Source of the DNA: a bacterium
GTDB taxonomy: Bacteria; Verrucomicrobiota; Verrucomicrobiia; Chthoniobacterales; Terrimicrobiaceae
DNA length: 64,000 nucleotides
Assembly: GCA_037147075.1 (NCBI GenBank)
Contig: JBAWVX010000001.1
Span: 8,917 to 72,916, forward strand
Direction: 5' to 3'
Shown: one piece after another, positions 29,016 through 41,400 of the stretch
Layout of the letters: each line of letters starts with the position of its first letter
Position numbering within the stretch: the first letter of the stretch is position 1
Notes under the pieces: model-generated
What the model saw: only the letters and a program-made list of their open reading frames with translations
The model's database searches: none
Told to the model about the DNA's origin: nothing
Translations under genes and position numbers: made by a program

Positions 29016-30239
29016 ATGAAAATCAATTCCTTGCTCATGGCTTCTGCTGTTGCCCTCGCTTCTGCGAGTTTGGTGAAAGCAGATGTCACCATCAACATTA
29101 CGGGAGCTACTGCTTTCCGTTCAGCCGCTTCGACCGCTATCAAAAACGCCTTTACCAGTGTAAACTACGCCTACAATGGTTCATCGCATACATCTGCTAC
29201 CTATCAGATTTATAAGGGCTCATTCCCAGGCGTTTCCGGTAACACGACGATCCGGACGAATTGGTCTGGCTCTGTTGAAGGTGTCCGCGACCTTGCACAG
29301 CAAAACAACATTAGTTTTCTGCCCACATCCACGACGTTGTCCTCTGCTGGCACATCCAACGCTTCAACTTCTGGCTTGGACAGCGCGAAAGCAAATATGG
29401 CATTCAGCGATATCTATGCGGCATCCACGCCGTATGATAATGGTAGCGTCACCGGAACTGTTGCTGGCATCATTGCTTTCCGCTTTGTGGCGAATCCCAG
29501 TGCAAATGGAACCCTAACCAATATAACGGCTCAACAATTCCGCGGATTGGCTACTAATGGAAACGTAAAAGCTTACGTCTTCACTGGAAACTCTTCCCAT
29601 ACAACTGATGTCTATTTGACAGGTCGGAATGATGGATCTGGAACCCGCGTGACTGTGCTTTCCGAGACTGGCCATGGATACTCCCAGCTCGTTCAACAAT
29701 ACAAGGCTACTACCACAGGTTCTGGCAATAGCACGGTTCTTACGACTCTCCAACTTTGGCCAACTGCTGACGGCACAAACGTCTCCAACATCTATAATAC
29801 AGATGCTGCTGGCAACGGAGGGTATTCGAGCGGAGGCACTGTTGCAACCGCTCTCTCTGGAACATCAAGCTCCGTTCAAGTCAAAGGTGCAACTGGATCA
29901 AACATTGGCTCTACGAAGCCCGTTTTCTTGGTCGGTTACCTCGGAACCAACGATAGTAACACCGCAGTTACTAATGGTGCTATAGCCCTTAGCTACAACG
30001 GCGTTTCTTTGGCCGTGAACTCTGGTGGCATCACGAATCCCGGGGTTATTCAATATGGTGCTTACACTCTCTGGGCCAATGAACAGCTTTACTGGCTTAC
30101 AGGCACGGACACGGGTGACTTGGGCACTGTGAAGACGGCCATTCTGTCTGGAATTCCTTCGAATCTCGGCAACGCTGGGCTTGATATCAGCACAATGGTC
30201 GTCAGCCGTTCCTCGGACGGTGGTCTCGTTGGCGAATAA
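29016..30239 (+). CDS. secreted protein, possibly PstS-like periplasmic-binding fold
   Basis: 407 aa with signal peptide MKINSLLMASAVALASASLVKA. NITGATAFR, NITAQQFRGL and GRNDGSGTR are spaced roughly as in PBP-like (PstS family) domains. The functional call is weak. Confidence 0.45.
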   Translation: MKINSLLMASAVALASASLVKADVTINITGATAFRSAASTAIKNAFTSVNYAYNGSSHTSATYQIYKGSFPGVSGNTTIRTNWSGSVEGVRDLAQQNNISFLPTSTTLSSAGTSNASTSGLDSAKANMAFSDIYAASTPYDNGSVTGTVAGIIAFRFVANPSANGTLTNITAQQFRGLATNGNVKAYVFTGNSSHTTDVYLTGRNDGSGTRVTVLSETGHGYSQLVQQYKATTTGSGNSTVLTTLQLWPTADGTNVSNIYNTDAAGNGGYSSGGTVATALSGTSSSVQVKGATGSNIGSTKPVFLVGYLGTNDSNTAVTNGAIALSYNGVSLAVNSGGITNPGVIQYGAYTLWANEQLYWLTGTDTGDLGTVKTAILSGIPSNLGNAGLDISTMVVSRSSDGGLVGE

Positions 30240-30322
30240 TTGAAAAATAAACTGGCGATTGGGCAAATCGCCTAGCAAAGACTGGCGCCGAAAGTTTCTT
30301 TCGGCGCCAGTTCTCTTTAAAT

Positions 30323-31018
30323 ATGGAATCTAGAACTATTCGCGGAATTATTCTATCACTTTGTGTGTTTGGGCTTATTGCTGTTTCTGCATTTGTGCTC
30401 ACTTTACAAGCTCCCACGGGACCACTCACTTCGCATACAGATTCTCAAAATAATCCAGTTATCTCAAGCCAATCCGCGTCTTTTCAGATTCGCTCCACAA
30501 TAAAAGATGCGGAGAAACCGGTCGCTCCGCTCCAACTGAATCAAGACCCTCGCGCTCTGTCAAAGAACGAAGATTTAGACTTTCGCCATAGTCAAGATTC
30601 AAAATTTGCGAGCCATGGCACAAACTACTCAAAGCCAATACATAAAAATCAAATCTCAAACGATCTTCCTTTGAAATCCATGAGCCCTCAGAGCGAATCT
30701 TCGCGTGCTGTCATCAACCAGCAGTCAACCTTGGTTTTATCTGAAGTTGTCAATGTGCCGGTTGGCAGCACAATTCCTGCAGCCTTGGCGCAAGTGGATG
30801 GCAAATCCAATTTAGACGTGGTTTCGCAAACGGAGGTCCAGGAGATTGCTGACAGTTTTTTTCAGGCCGTTGATGCAGAGACACGGGCTGGGGTTTCGCC
30901 TGAAGCCGCTTGGCGGAAGCAACAGCAACTGGCTGATGAGCTCTTCAGGGCTCGCTACGGTTGGGAAGCCTTTATTGCCGAGAGTGCGAGGGCGAACCAA
31001 CAAGCCCGAGCTCAGTAA
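30323..31018 (+). CDS. membrane-anchored hypothetical protein
   Basis: 231 aa with N-terminal TM GIILSLCVFGLIAVSAFVLTL, then a Ser/Gln-rich region. No recognisable family. Confidence 0.55.
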   Translation: MESRTIRGIILSLCVFGLIAVSAFVLTLQAPTGPLTSHTDSQNNPVISSQSASFQIRSTIKDAEKPVAPLQLNQDPRALSKNEDLDFRHSQDSKFASHGTNYSKPIHKNQISNDLPLKSMSPQSESSRAVINQQSTLVLSEVVNVPVGSTIPAALAQVDGKSNLDVVSQTEVQEIADSFFQAVDAETRAGVSPEAAWRKQQQLADELFRARYGWEAFIAESARANQQARAQ

Positions 31019-31043
31019 AAAACTTTTCAGAATTAACGCTTTA

Positions 31044-31074
31044 CTGACAATCCTCTCCATCCTGTCGTCCTGTC
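31044..31074. repeat. inverted copy of the GACAGGATG-type repeat
   Basis: CTGACAATCCTCTCCATCCTGTCGTCCTGTC is the reverse complement of GACAGGACGACAGGATGGAGAGGATTGTCAG. Lies between two convergent genes. Confidence 0.7.
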
Positions 31075-31085
31075 GGAGCCTCAAG

Positions 31086-31937
31086 TTAATATTTTGGCTG
31101 TGGGGGAGCCTTATCGTCTTCGGTGTTCAATGCCGCTTGTCGATCCAAGCCGGTTTCAGCAAGGGCTTGGGAAATTTCCGCCTCGGTCAGGCCGGAGAAT
31201 AGGTTCCGAAGAGTCACCCGTGCCGTGACCTCTCCTTGAACATTTGCCCGGAAAAGCCATTTGAGCGCCTCAACTTTGCTCTTGGGAAGTGTATCACCCA
31301 TCAGATAAATGTGGGCGAGGTGGACTTGGGCTCGCGGCATCCCTTTTTCGGCAGCTTTCTGAAAGTATTCTGTTCCTTTTTTGCGATCGAAAGGCACTCC
31401 CAAACCATTATAGTAAATTCCGCCAACGGCATTTTCTGCCAAAGGGTTCCCTTTTTCAGCCGCACGCTCGTAATACTTCAGCGCCTCCTTGTAGTCCACG
31501 GGGATACCCTTGTCTCCAAAGTAATAACACTCCGCGAGCGTGATTTGTGCCTTCTCCATATCTGAATCCGCCGCCTTTTTCATGTAGGAGAGCGCGACAT
31601 CTGTCTTTCCCTCGCTCTGATCCATCACGATCTTGGCGTAGTTGAAAGCGGCAGTGGGTGAACCCTCGTCTGCAGCTTCCTTAAGGAAGCGGAGCCCTTC
31701 TTGTTCATTCGCTGGAACTCCTCTCCCTGTGTAGAGCATGTAGCCAAGACTGGCCTTAGCCTGCAAATGATTTTGTTCGGCAGCCGCTCGCATGAGCTCG
31801 TATGCACGCTCCAGGTCGCGTTGGGCAGGGTCTCCCTTCATAATGGCCTTGGCGGCCTGATAATTCTGCTCGGCTTGCGATTCGTCGCAGACCCCATAGC
31901 ATATCGATGTCATCCCGAGAATGAAAAAAACGACCAT
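31086..31937 (-). CDS. Sel1-repeat (SLR/TPR-like) secreted protein
   Basis: Repeated Sel1 units (GYMLYTGRGVPANEQEGLRFLKEAADEG; YFGDKGIPVDYKEALKYYERAAEKG; YYNGLGVPFDRKKGTEYFQKAAEKG). Start placed at ATG 31937 (MVVFFILGMTSICYG). The ORF is open to 32186, but that extension looks non-protein-like. Confidence 0.8.
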   Translation of the reverse strand: MVVFFILGMTSICYGVCDESQAEQNYQAAKAIMKGDPAQRDLERAYELMRAAAEQNHLQAKASLGYMLYTGRGVPANEQEGLRFLKEAADEGSPTAAFNYAKIVMDQSEGKTDVALSYMKKAADSDMEKAQITLAECYYFGDKGIPVDYKEALKYYERAAEKGNPLAENAVGGIYYNGLGVPFDRKKGTEYFQKAAEKGMPRAQVHLAHIYLMGDTLPKSKVEALKWLFRANVQGEVTARVTLRNLFSGLTEAEISQALAETGLDRQAALNTEDDKAPPQPKY

Positions 31938-32419
31938 GCGCAAGAGATGGGAAGACCAACTCGGCCTCGGGTTTAACCCGAATCCAGCAGGACTCACCGA
32001 AGAGCGCGCAATCAGGCGGCTGGGCAGCCGCGCGGTAGACTTGCCGTAGGCAGACCAAAAGGCGAGATGAGCGGGAGCGAACGAGTCAAAGAACACGGAG
32101 TATGATCTGTTTGTGATGTGTGATTTTTTCAAAGATTTATTCGATATCAAACAAAAGCCAAAGCCTTTCCGGGTCATCCTCTCCATACGGTCCTCGTGTC
32201 TAAAAATTCCTCTACTGGTTCAATGTTGGTGCCTACTTTGAAGTCACGCATGCCGACATAAATGCTTGAAGGGCGCCTCGGTTCTGAAAGAGTCTCTGTT
32301 TCGTATCGAATGTGGGTTTCATTGGACTGAATAGAACAAACACAAGAAGTAATTTAGCACAAATAAAAAATGAAAAAGAAAGTTGACTTCTTCAAAGATT
32401 CCGCTGCCCTTTTGAGCGA

Positions 32420-35400
32420 CTAAGTTTGTTCTTCGTCGCTTTGATGGTCGTCACTATCTCCGCCACCATAGCCCAAGACTTCCACCGTAATAACCGAAGG
32501 CGTTTCTTCGACTTGCTGGCTGGGTGTCCGAGCTTGGTTGCTAACGGAATTGGCGGCAGAGTTGGCTGCTGCAGTGCTGGATGATCCTGAGGTGAGACCG
32601 CCAATATTTGGGGCCGCAACAGTCGGAGTCGAGGGGACCCCCGCTGTGGTGCCACCAGCGGAAATGTTATCGGCATTCAGAATCGAAACAGCGGCGATGA
32701 CAATATCTCCAGTGGAGCGAATGCCCGCTTCGCCCGCATCGACGGTGCCACCTGGCGCAATCAGGTTCACATTGCCCGGTTCTACTCCCTCCACAGAGGC
32801 CAAGACACCGATGCCGCCGCCAGTGGCAAGACCACCCAAATCCGTTTGGATATCTGCACTGGTGGTGTCGATCAAGACGCGAGTGGGGGGAGCTGTGACG
32901 ACTGTCTTCGCGGCTGAGCCTGCGGCGATGTCCCCTTCGGAAGACCAGATAGTGAGGTCTCCTCCGCGCAGGGTGAAGATACGACACTGGCCGATATCTA
33001 CATCGTTTTTGGTGAAGACGGAGACGGCGCCACCATATTCGGTCACTATTCCTGGCGGTGTGAGCGGATTTCCTGAAATGCTGGCGGCCATGGTGAGACC
33101 ACCGCCGGGTGACGCCAGGGTGATACCGCCGCCCTCTGTCGTGCGGATATCCCGAGAACGCGTAAAGATGTCGCCGGTCTGGGTTGCGGAGCCAAAGAGT
33201 GCCGTGATGGCCTCAAACCCTGCTGAGTAGCTTCCTGTTTGCGTGTATTCCTTTGCCGCTTCGGACAAAGAGGTGAAAAAGAGAGGAAGTTGATTAAGGT
33301 AATCTTGCTCGCTCGAGGGCGCAGAAGGCCCGAAAGAGTTCTTGGCAAGCGAGCTGCCCGCCAGACCGATAGCCGGGCCATCCTCTTTTCCACCCACGCC
33401 AGCCATCACGACCAACTGGGCCCCGCTGAAGGGCAGGTAAGGATTTCGGCTGTTTCCGATACTCGTAATGCCCGCTCCGCGTCCATCGGCAAGATTTTCT
33501 CCATTTCCGAGATCCAATGTCCTCCCTGCGAGAACTTCGAGGTAGCCAGAGCCCGAAATTTGGAGATCCCCCGCTAGAGCCGAGATTTTCTTGCCAGTCA
33601 CCGTCGTGCCACGAACTGTTAAATCCACATTTCCGAGGTTTAAATCAGACGCGGTGGTGCGGAGAAGGGAACTCTCACTATATGGAATGATATCTCGACC
33701 AGCGGAGATAATTGAAATATCGCTTGGACGGCTATTTTGAAGATAAAGCGCCACATCCGTGATATCGCGGGAGGCTGAGATACGACTTTGCTTTGCCGAA
33801 TACAAGGTCAGGCCGCTGATGTCGCTACCCAACGCATAGAGGTAAGCTGGAACGGAATCCGCCGAGTGGAGGATGCTCTCAGCGTGCCGGATTTTCTTTT
33901 TCGCTACAGCCGCCTCCACGCCAGCGTAAGAGCCCGTTTCGACAAAGTAATTATCCACAGGATCAAGGAGCAGGTTAGTCGGCGTTGATCTCAAACCTGC
34001 GAGGTTTCTGCCGTAGATGCTCTGTAAAGAATAGGGGCTAAACAAAGATGGAAGAAGGGCGGGATCTGCATCCGAGAGGTTCAGAGAGGCACTACTGAAT
34101 CCTGTCAGAGTCTTGGCCGAGTTCCGCCCGAGGGCATTCAAGCCCGAAATTGCTCCTGCCGCCAGAATCTCAAGACCGCCCTTTGCATTTGGATAGAGGC
34201 TCGCCTCCCCTGTGATATTAATACTGCCTCCAAATGATACGCTCTTGAGTGAAGGTGGAAGAGTGCCGCCTACAGTCGAAAACACCGTCATGGATCCTAT
34301 GTTTCCTTCGGCTAGGCGGATCCATGGCTGGGCAGCGGAAGGATTGGTGGAGCGGAAGAGATTTTGATTTCCGAGCCAAAAGGCTAGAATGCTTTGACCG
34401 CTAATACCAGTTTCGGAATCAGAACTCACTGCAGGTGAATCAAAAGTCGTGAAGCGATGTGTGATGCTTCCTCCAAGGGATTGGACATTCAGGCTCGAAT
34501 CGCTTGAATAGGTGTTGAAGTAGGTTTTATACCAGAACTTGTTTTGGAGTCCTTGTGGCAGCCAGAAGGCGTTGACTACCGGACCGAGCAGGATGTCCTT
34601 GCGAGCGGAAACATCGAAAGAGCTCTTTCCTGCATAGAGAGTCGTGGGGAGCCATGTCAGTTCGTCGCCATTTGACTTGGGAGATCGACTGGAGTTTGTC
34701 ACGATAGAACCAGCGGCAAAAATCTCTCCTGATCCCCGCTCGACGTAGTAAACCCCACCGCTGAGATCTCTGCCTGCGCGAACGGACAGATCTCCACCAC
34801 CGAGTTCCAGGAATTTGGTTGGATCGGGAGCAACTCTGTTGCCGCCAGAGAGACCGGCTGCTCTGGCGTTTGTCGGTATGAGAGCGTCCATATTAATGAT
34901 ATCCAAACCAGCATTCATCCGCAAGTTGCCTCCACCCAGTGTTCCAACTCCCTCGAAAAAGTTGCTGAAATCAATCCACCATGCCGTTGAGGCGGAAGCA
35001 TCAGTAATCGTTGCATCTCCGGCATCTACTCCTCCGACACCGAATTTTCCCGTTTCATCGACGTATCCCCGCCTGTAGAGCCAATTGCCTGGTAATTGCT
35101 TGGAGGAGTCGATGGTATCTACGGAGTTGACTACCGAGTAACGCCCGATTGTCCCAGCGGCATTCAAGAAAATATTTCCACCAGCCATCGACCATTGCGG
35201 TTGGTAATTTTGTTGAACTGGACCAAGTTGGGAAGTCTGAGACGGATTTCCGTTTTCAGCGACCACGACTGGGGTTACAAAGTCATCGGAAGAGTAAATG
35301 GAGTTGGGATTGGCAATTTTCGACCCAGCGGTATAGATCGAGGCGAATGGGTTCAGCAGCTTGATATCCCTGCCTGCGGCCAGATCGATGTTGCCTGTCC

Positions 35401-38400
35401 CTGTTCTGATGACTTGGAACCTTGTGAGATTTGATGTGCCGATAGCGCCTGCCGTTGTGTTTTGACTGCCTGACGGGTTGTAGGTTTTCCCAATGCGAAT
35501 GGATCCCTTTGTGGAATCCAGACCAGTTGATGATAAGACTTGAAGAACATTGGCAGCTCCAAGATCCGCCCCGGCTACAATACGGAATGACCAGGACTGT
35601 GTGTTCGTGGGCAGGTTGTTGTTGATGGCTGCCAGCGGGGAGAGCCACATTGAGGAGTATCCATTTGCGGCCGAGGGTGTCACAGCCGTGAAGCTGTCAC
35701 TGAGAGTGTTCCAGAAGACGACATTTCCCGGTGCGCGAAGAGTTAAGACGCCTGGAGCTGACTTGGGACCGAAGCGGAAGTCCGCAAGGTTCCAGTCGAG
35801 GCTCCAATTGGATGTGGATGTTCCGAGCGTAATGTCACCGTTCGCCGTGGTATTGATGATCTCGGCTCCTGGGGCAATGACAAGAATGGAAGAGAGGTTC
35901 TTCGGATCGCCCGTGCCGAGTAGGGCATCTCGCATGGCTGTATAGCCTGCCGTCGCGGATCCTGCGCTTCCTAAAAATTGCAAGCCATTGTCGTAGACTT
36001 GCCGTTGGGTGCTGCCAGCTGACGGGAGGGAGGAAAAGCTCGAGCGTGATCCCGTGATCTGTCCCGTGGCTCCGGTGACCGTGAAGACTTTGTAACCTTC
36101 AACTAAAATGCTGGATGCATCCAAGATATCGCCTTGAATTTGTGAGATAGAGACCCCAAGGCCAGCTCCAAAAGATTTCTGAGGTGCCCTGAGCTGGACT
36201 GTTCCGGTGAACTGCCCGTTGAAGGCACTCGATCCAACATCTGTGTAAGAACCGGAAATGTAATCTTCAACGGAGAGAATCATCTTCGAATCAGGCTGGA
36301 TGTCCAAGAGAGCCGTGGAGCTGAAAGATCCATCACTCTTCGAGGTGCCAGCGGACAAGGAGATGGAACCGCCTTTTCCTGCACTGTCGAAATGCTCGGC
36401 TGCAACTGTGAGCACGGAGTGCGGAAGAAGCGTAATGTTTTCCCGCGCTGAGAGGGCGATCTTCCCTCCAGTCGTTCCATGGGCATCAATCTGCCCTGCT
36501 ACGGAGATACTTCCCGAGTCGGCAGAGAGCGAGAAGGATTTGGCTTTCGAAATCCCCTCCACTAACACATCGCCAGTTCGAACCCGAAGATTGCGCTCGA
36601 GGTTGAATCCGCCGCTGTCAAGAATTTGGCTTAAATCTTGGAAAGAAGTCAGTGCAAGGGTGTCCAGAAGGAAGATACCGGAGTTGAAGTTCTCGAGAGA
36701 ACCGCCAGATAAAGTTCCCGCCGACTGGAAGGCTCCTGACGAAGAGATGGCCAGTCTTCCGGCGTTGCCTCCAAGCGGATGGGAGGCCACGGAAACTTGG
36801 CTCCCAGCCAAGAAGCTCACGCTACCTGCTTTTGCTGTCACATTTATCTCACCCGCATCGGTGTAGCGGGTTAAGTCATAAAATGTTTGCTTTGTCCCTG
36901 AAACATCGATGGTCCCACCAATGGAGGCGCCTCCATTGGTCGCGATGATTGATACAAGACCGCTTGGAAGTCGGATCGAGGAGTTTTGAACCACAGACGA
37001 ACCTTGGAGCGTGAGGCTGGCTCCCAATTCATTCGGAGTGGTGGAGGATGCACCAGTGGGTTGGATGTTGAGTTGTCCTGCTGCGATGATCGACTGCTTA
37101 GCCGCACGACTCCCTGTCAAGAGGGGTGTGGCTATCTCGAGATCGCCGGCAGTGAAGAATGTTCCCGTTCCGATGAAGGTGACACCAGAAGTTGCTTCGA
37201 GATGTGTTGTCTGGTAGCCGCCAATACTGAAGTTATTTTTGTCGAGAGTCAGGCTTTTTGACGCAATCTCAAAAGTTCCTGCCATGCCAGATGTCGAGTG
37301 CTTGAGTCCTGTGGAGGAAGTCGGATTTCCAAAGACGACCTCATTTGCAACCAAGCTCACCGTTCCTGATCCTTGGTTATAGCCACGGATGCTTAATTCT
37401 TGATCTGTTGTGGTGGAATCGTCTCCTCCTGCTTGGAGTGTCAACTTTTGCAAGGAATCCGAACCCATTGTTCCAGAGCCATAGATATCGATAACGCTGT
37501 AACTTGCTAAAAGCAGATTTTTCGACGACATCGCATCGGCCAAAAGATTGTCGCTAAGTGTCAGATGTGGTGCAACAAACGAGCCTGGTAGGGCGCCAAC
37601 TTGTGGGGCAAGCAGGATGCTCACTTGTCCGCTAATCATACTGAGATTTTCAGCTCGGAGATGACTGGTGGAATCGATCGAAGTTGCATACGTTGAGTCA
37701 AGAAGCACAGTCGCTCCTGAAACCGTCGACCCAGCGCCGAGGAAAAGGTTCGGTGATTTTGATCCCGTCAAGCCGCTTCTTGACGATGTAAAAAGAGGGT
37801 TGCTGCTTACCGCGAGGGCTACTCCATCGCCAGTGAGCGAAATCGGCAAAGAATTTTGCGAAAGACCACTTGAGAGAATTGAGGAACCATCTGCCAGTGA
37901 GAGGCTTTCTTTCGAAACGAGGATAATTTCAGGCCCTGAAAGAGGTTCTCCAGGATTTGAAACATTGATTGAATTGGAGCGAACCTCGACCTGGCTCACT
38001 GAAGAGGAGGATTGTCTTAAACCGCCTATAAGGATGCTCGAAGCTCCCCAGTTGGAGAGGATTCCTGAATTCAGCGAAACTCCAGTGGTCCCTCCCAATG
38101 AGGAACCTCCTGTAATGTTGATTTCGGCGAAACTCGCAATGTCAATTGCAGACCCTCGACCGGAAGAAAAAGGAGTCGTGAGAATCTGGCTGTTCATGCG
38201 CAAAGCCGAGTTCGCGCTGACAGCCAAATAGCCTGAATCTATTGGGAGTTCTTGGACATTATCTTGGTTGAGACGCGACGCTGCCTCTTTCATAAAAGTG
38301 GAGGCCTTAAATACTGTGTAGGAAGCTCGAGAGGCGATCACTTCAGGAGTGGCGATCTCGTAGAGGCTGCGCACAGCCGTGATTTCTTGAGCTTTGTTGA

Positions 38401-41400
38401 ATTGATTGAATCTGTATCCCGTGACGAAACTTGACCCCTCTTCCAGAGTGGTTCCTCCCGTCCGAACATTCAAGTTGGTGAGTTCCGTCGCTGGAGTTAC
38501 CAAGAAAGCGCCCGGAATCAGTGCATAGGCTTTGGGAAGAAGAGTGTAGCTTCCCTCGGCCAGCGTCGAACCTTTGCCTATGTAGATTTTGTCGCCAACT
38601 CCTAGGCTATTTGAGATAAATCCTGGATTTCCTGTGAGCAGGTTTGCGCTGGAGCTTGTATTGAAAGCACCTGCTGGAACCACGCTTGAGCTGAATGCGG
38701 GAAGAATAGCATAAGATTCGGGAACGAGTGCCCAGTAGCGACTGGCACTTGGCCGCTTGGCAGGGTCCGGGTCTCCATCTACGGAGACGCGAGCTGACCA
38801 TGTTTTGCCTCCGTATGTCACCAACTGCCCAGCAGTGTAAGAAGCCGAAGGCGTCCAATCGCCACTGGCGGTTCCAAGAATGTTAATTGTTCCGCCGATG
38901 CCGCTGTTCCAGCGATAAGCCAAGAGGTCTCCACCGCCACGCAGGTCGATTTGAGCACCTGTATTCATCAAAACACTTTCTCCACCAAATCGGATGGCTT
39001 TAGATGGCAGACCTGAGGCAGTCACGTTCATACCTCTCGGATCGATCCAAGCCAGTCCATCTGAACTCACACCATAAGGAATTTGCATCCCTAGACCAGT
39101 CAGAGGATCAATAGCAGAAACAGATGTCGAGCTGCCATTCTCCAAAGAAACCAACTGAGCCGTCGGGATTATCATCGAAGGTCCTCCAACTACATCGGTT
39201 GGTTGAGTAAACCCGATATCTGTTAGGTTAAAGTCTGTTCCATCCCATCCGAGGTAAATTGACCCAAGTGGAGCTCTTAATGTTCCTCCTTGGAAGATAT
39301 TTGAGGCAAAGATCGAAAGAGTTCCCCCTGCTGAAAGAGGTGGAGCTTGGGTGCCGGAACCATTGATGCGAATGGTGCTTTTCGAACCCGTTGGATCATA
39401 AGCGATGATTTTAAAGTCCGCCAGTGTGGTTGGATAGATTTGGGCAGCAGTTAAAGTCAGGTCCCCAACCATGCTTAGCGTTCCGCTGCCTCGAATATCG
39501 CCATTGTTTGCTGCTAAAGAAGCTTTCCCGATGTTCTGAAGAGACAGGGTTCCCACATCAATCCAAGAGGCGCTGAGCGCGATACTGCCAGGACCATAGC
39601 TGGGTTTGGGGTAGTAGGATTTATCTGAACCACCCACGGGATACTGTTGGAAGGCGTAAAAGGTGTCTGATGGCAAACGTGGAGTGGCAAGCTTTTGACC
39701 TATGGCAATATATGGTGCATTTACAGAAACCGTAGAGTCTGCTTTGATAACCCCCCCGCCCGCCAATCTCACCATCCCGTTTGCAGTGAGGGAAATTGGG
39801 CCACGGAATTCCACATTTCCTCCATAAGGAATGGGATCGCCTCCTGAATAATATTTGTAGCCTAAGTCCAGTGAGGCAAAACTACCGGACGAAAATTGGG
39901 AAATTGAGAAGTAACCGATTCCAGGATTTGGACTTCCCGACTTGAAGAGTGGCTCCAAGTCAGGTGGCTTGAGAAACAGTTCCATTTCTCGGCCAGCGAG
40001 AGGATGTTTCGCAAACTGGGAGGCATCTCCCTCTTGAGCCACGATGAGATTGATATCGGCGCCGGTTCGTGAGGAGTCTGGAGGATAGAACTTTCCAGAG
40101 GAGATAGAAAGTTTCCCGCCAGTCGCCGTGGGTCCTCCGGCAAATCCTTTGAGAAGTCCATCGTTGTAAAGCATCTCGGAGCCCTCAAGTTCGATAGAAC
40201 CGCCATTGCTGTCGATTTGTGTTGGAACCCCAATTCTTCCCCATGGAGTCTGAGTTAAAGCAACTTGGTTCTTTTTGATTGTGGAAATCTCCTCTCCTCT
40301 AACAACGGAATAGGGATTCAAATCAACAGATGCTGAGGAACCGGATGCATCTAAAACAGCGCCTTTTTGAATGATAATATTGCCAGTCACTAAAATACTT
40401 CCACCGTCTAGCAATGTTCCTGTATTTCTCTTGAAGGAATCAAATTTCTTTAGAAAAAGTCCTGAGACATCGATTTTCGAAGAACTTCCGATAAATGTCG
40501 TTGGCAGGGCAAAAGAGGCCTTGTCAGCGAGGCTACCCAGAGCCTTGTAGGAGCCACCACCTGATATTGAGACTTTGCCGCCGTGGTTCACAATCGATCC
40601 AAGGACAGCCACCGTCTCCCCACTCAGTGAAACAGTTGCTCCGGGATCTGTGATAATCGATGCTCCGGTGCCAAGAACCACCAGACCAATAGCCTCGACT
40701 TTATCTTGAGTCAGCGGATCGTCTGCTCCAAGCCCTTGGAGACTCAGGCTCGTGGAGGTGCGTTCACCTTGGGGTTTTAAAATGGGGTCAAAGGCTAACT
40801 CCGGACTATTACTCCGAGCCAAAGATATCGCGCGCGGCTCAATTTGGGTTCCGTCGGCGACGATCACTGCAGGGGCATTTGAACCATCAGCCAAAGATTT
40901 TCCAATACCTCTAACCGTGAAACTTGTGAATCCTCCTTTTTGGAAAAATGAAGGGTCCATGAGAAATGCTTCCGGATTGCTGCGCTGGTTGGCAATTTCC
41001 ACAAGCGAAGATTGTAGCGTCAACGATCCGCCTGAGGCGACTGCATATGCCTCAAGGTGACCATCTAAACGGAGAGTGCCTCCTATTGTCGTTTTTAACG
41101 ATGGGTCCCTGCCAGCAAGCAGTGAGATCGAACCGGCCGTTCCATAAGTGAATCCTCCTTTTGCTTTTGCTTTGGCTCCCGCAGAGGCAAGGAGCGAGCT
41201 TCCTTTACTCAAGGAAACATTGTAACCCTCCAAGCTGATTGCTCCGCCATTGATTGAGCGACGATTGTCAAACGCGACTTGGGAAGTGATCCTCTCGTCC
41301 ACTAAAATTCCTGAAACATCGAGAATTCCGTTTGATGCGATGGTGATATCTCCGCGTCCCAGGACCACTGCAGGGGCCGCATTTAACGGTAAAGTATCAG

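Noticed and set aside
32341-32419. Possible terminator downstream of tpsA (imperfect GAAGAAGT..ACTTTCTT stem followed by a T-rich run on the minus strand)
   Set aside because: The stem is short and mismatched, which is not convincing without energy calculation.
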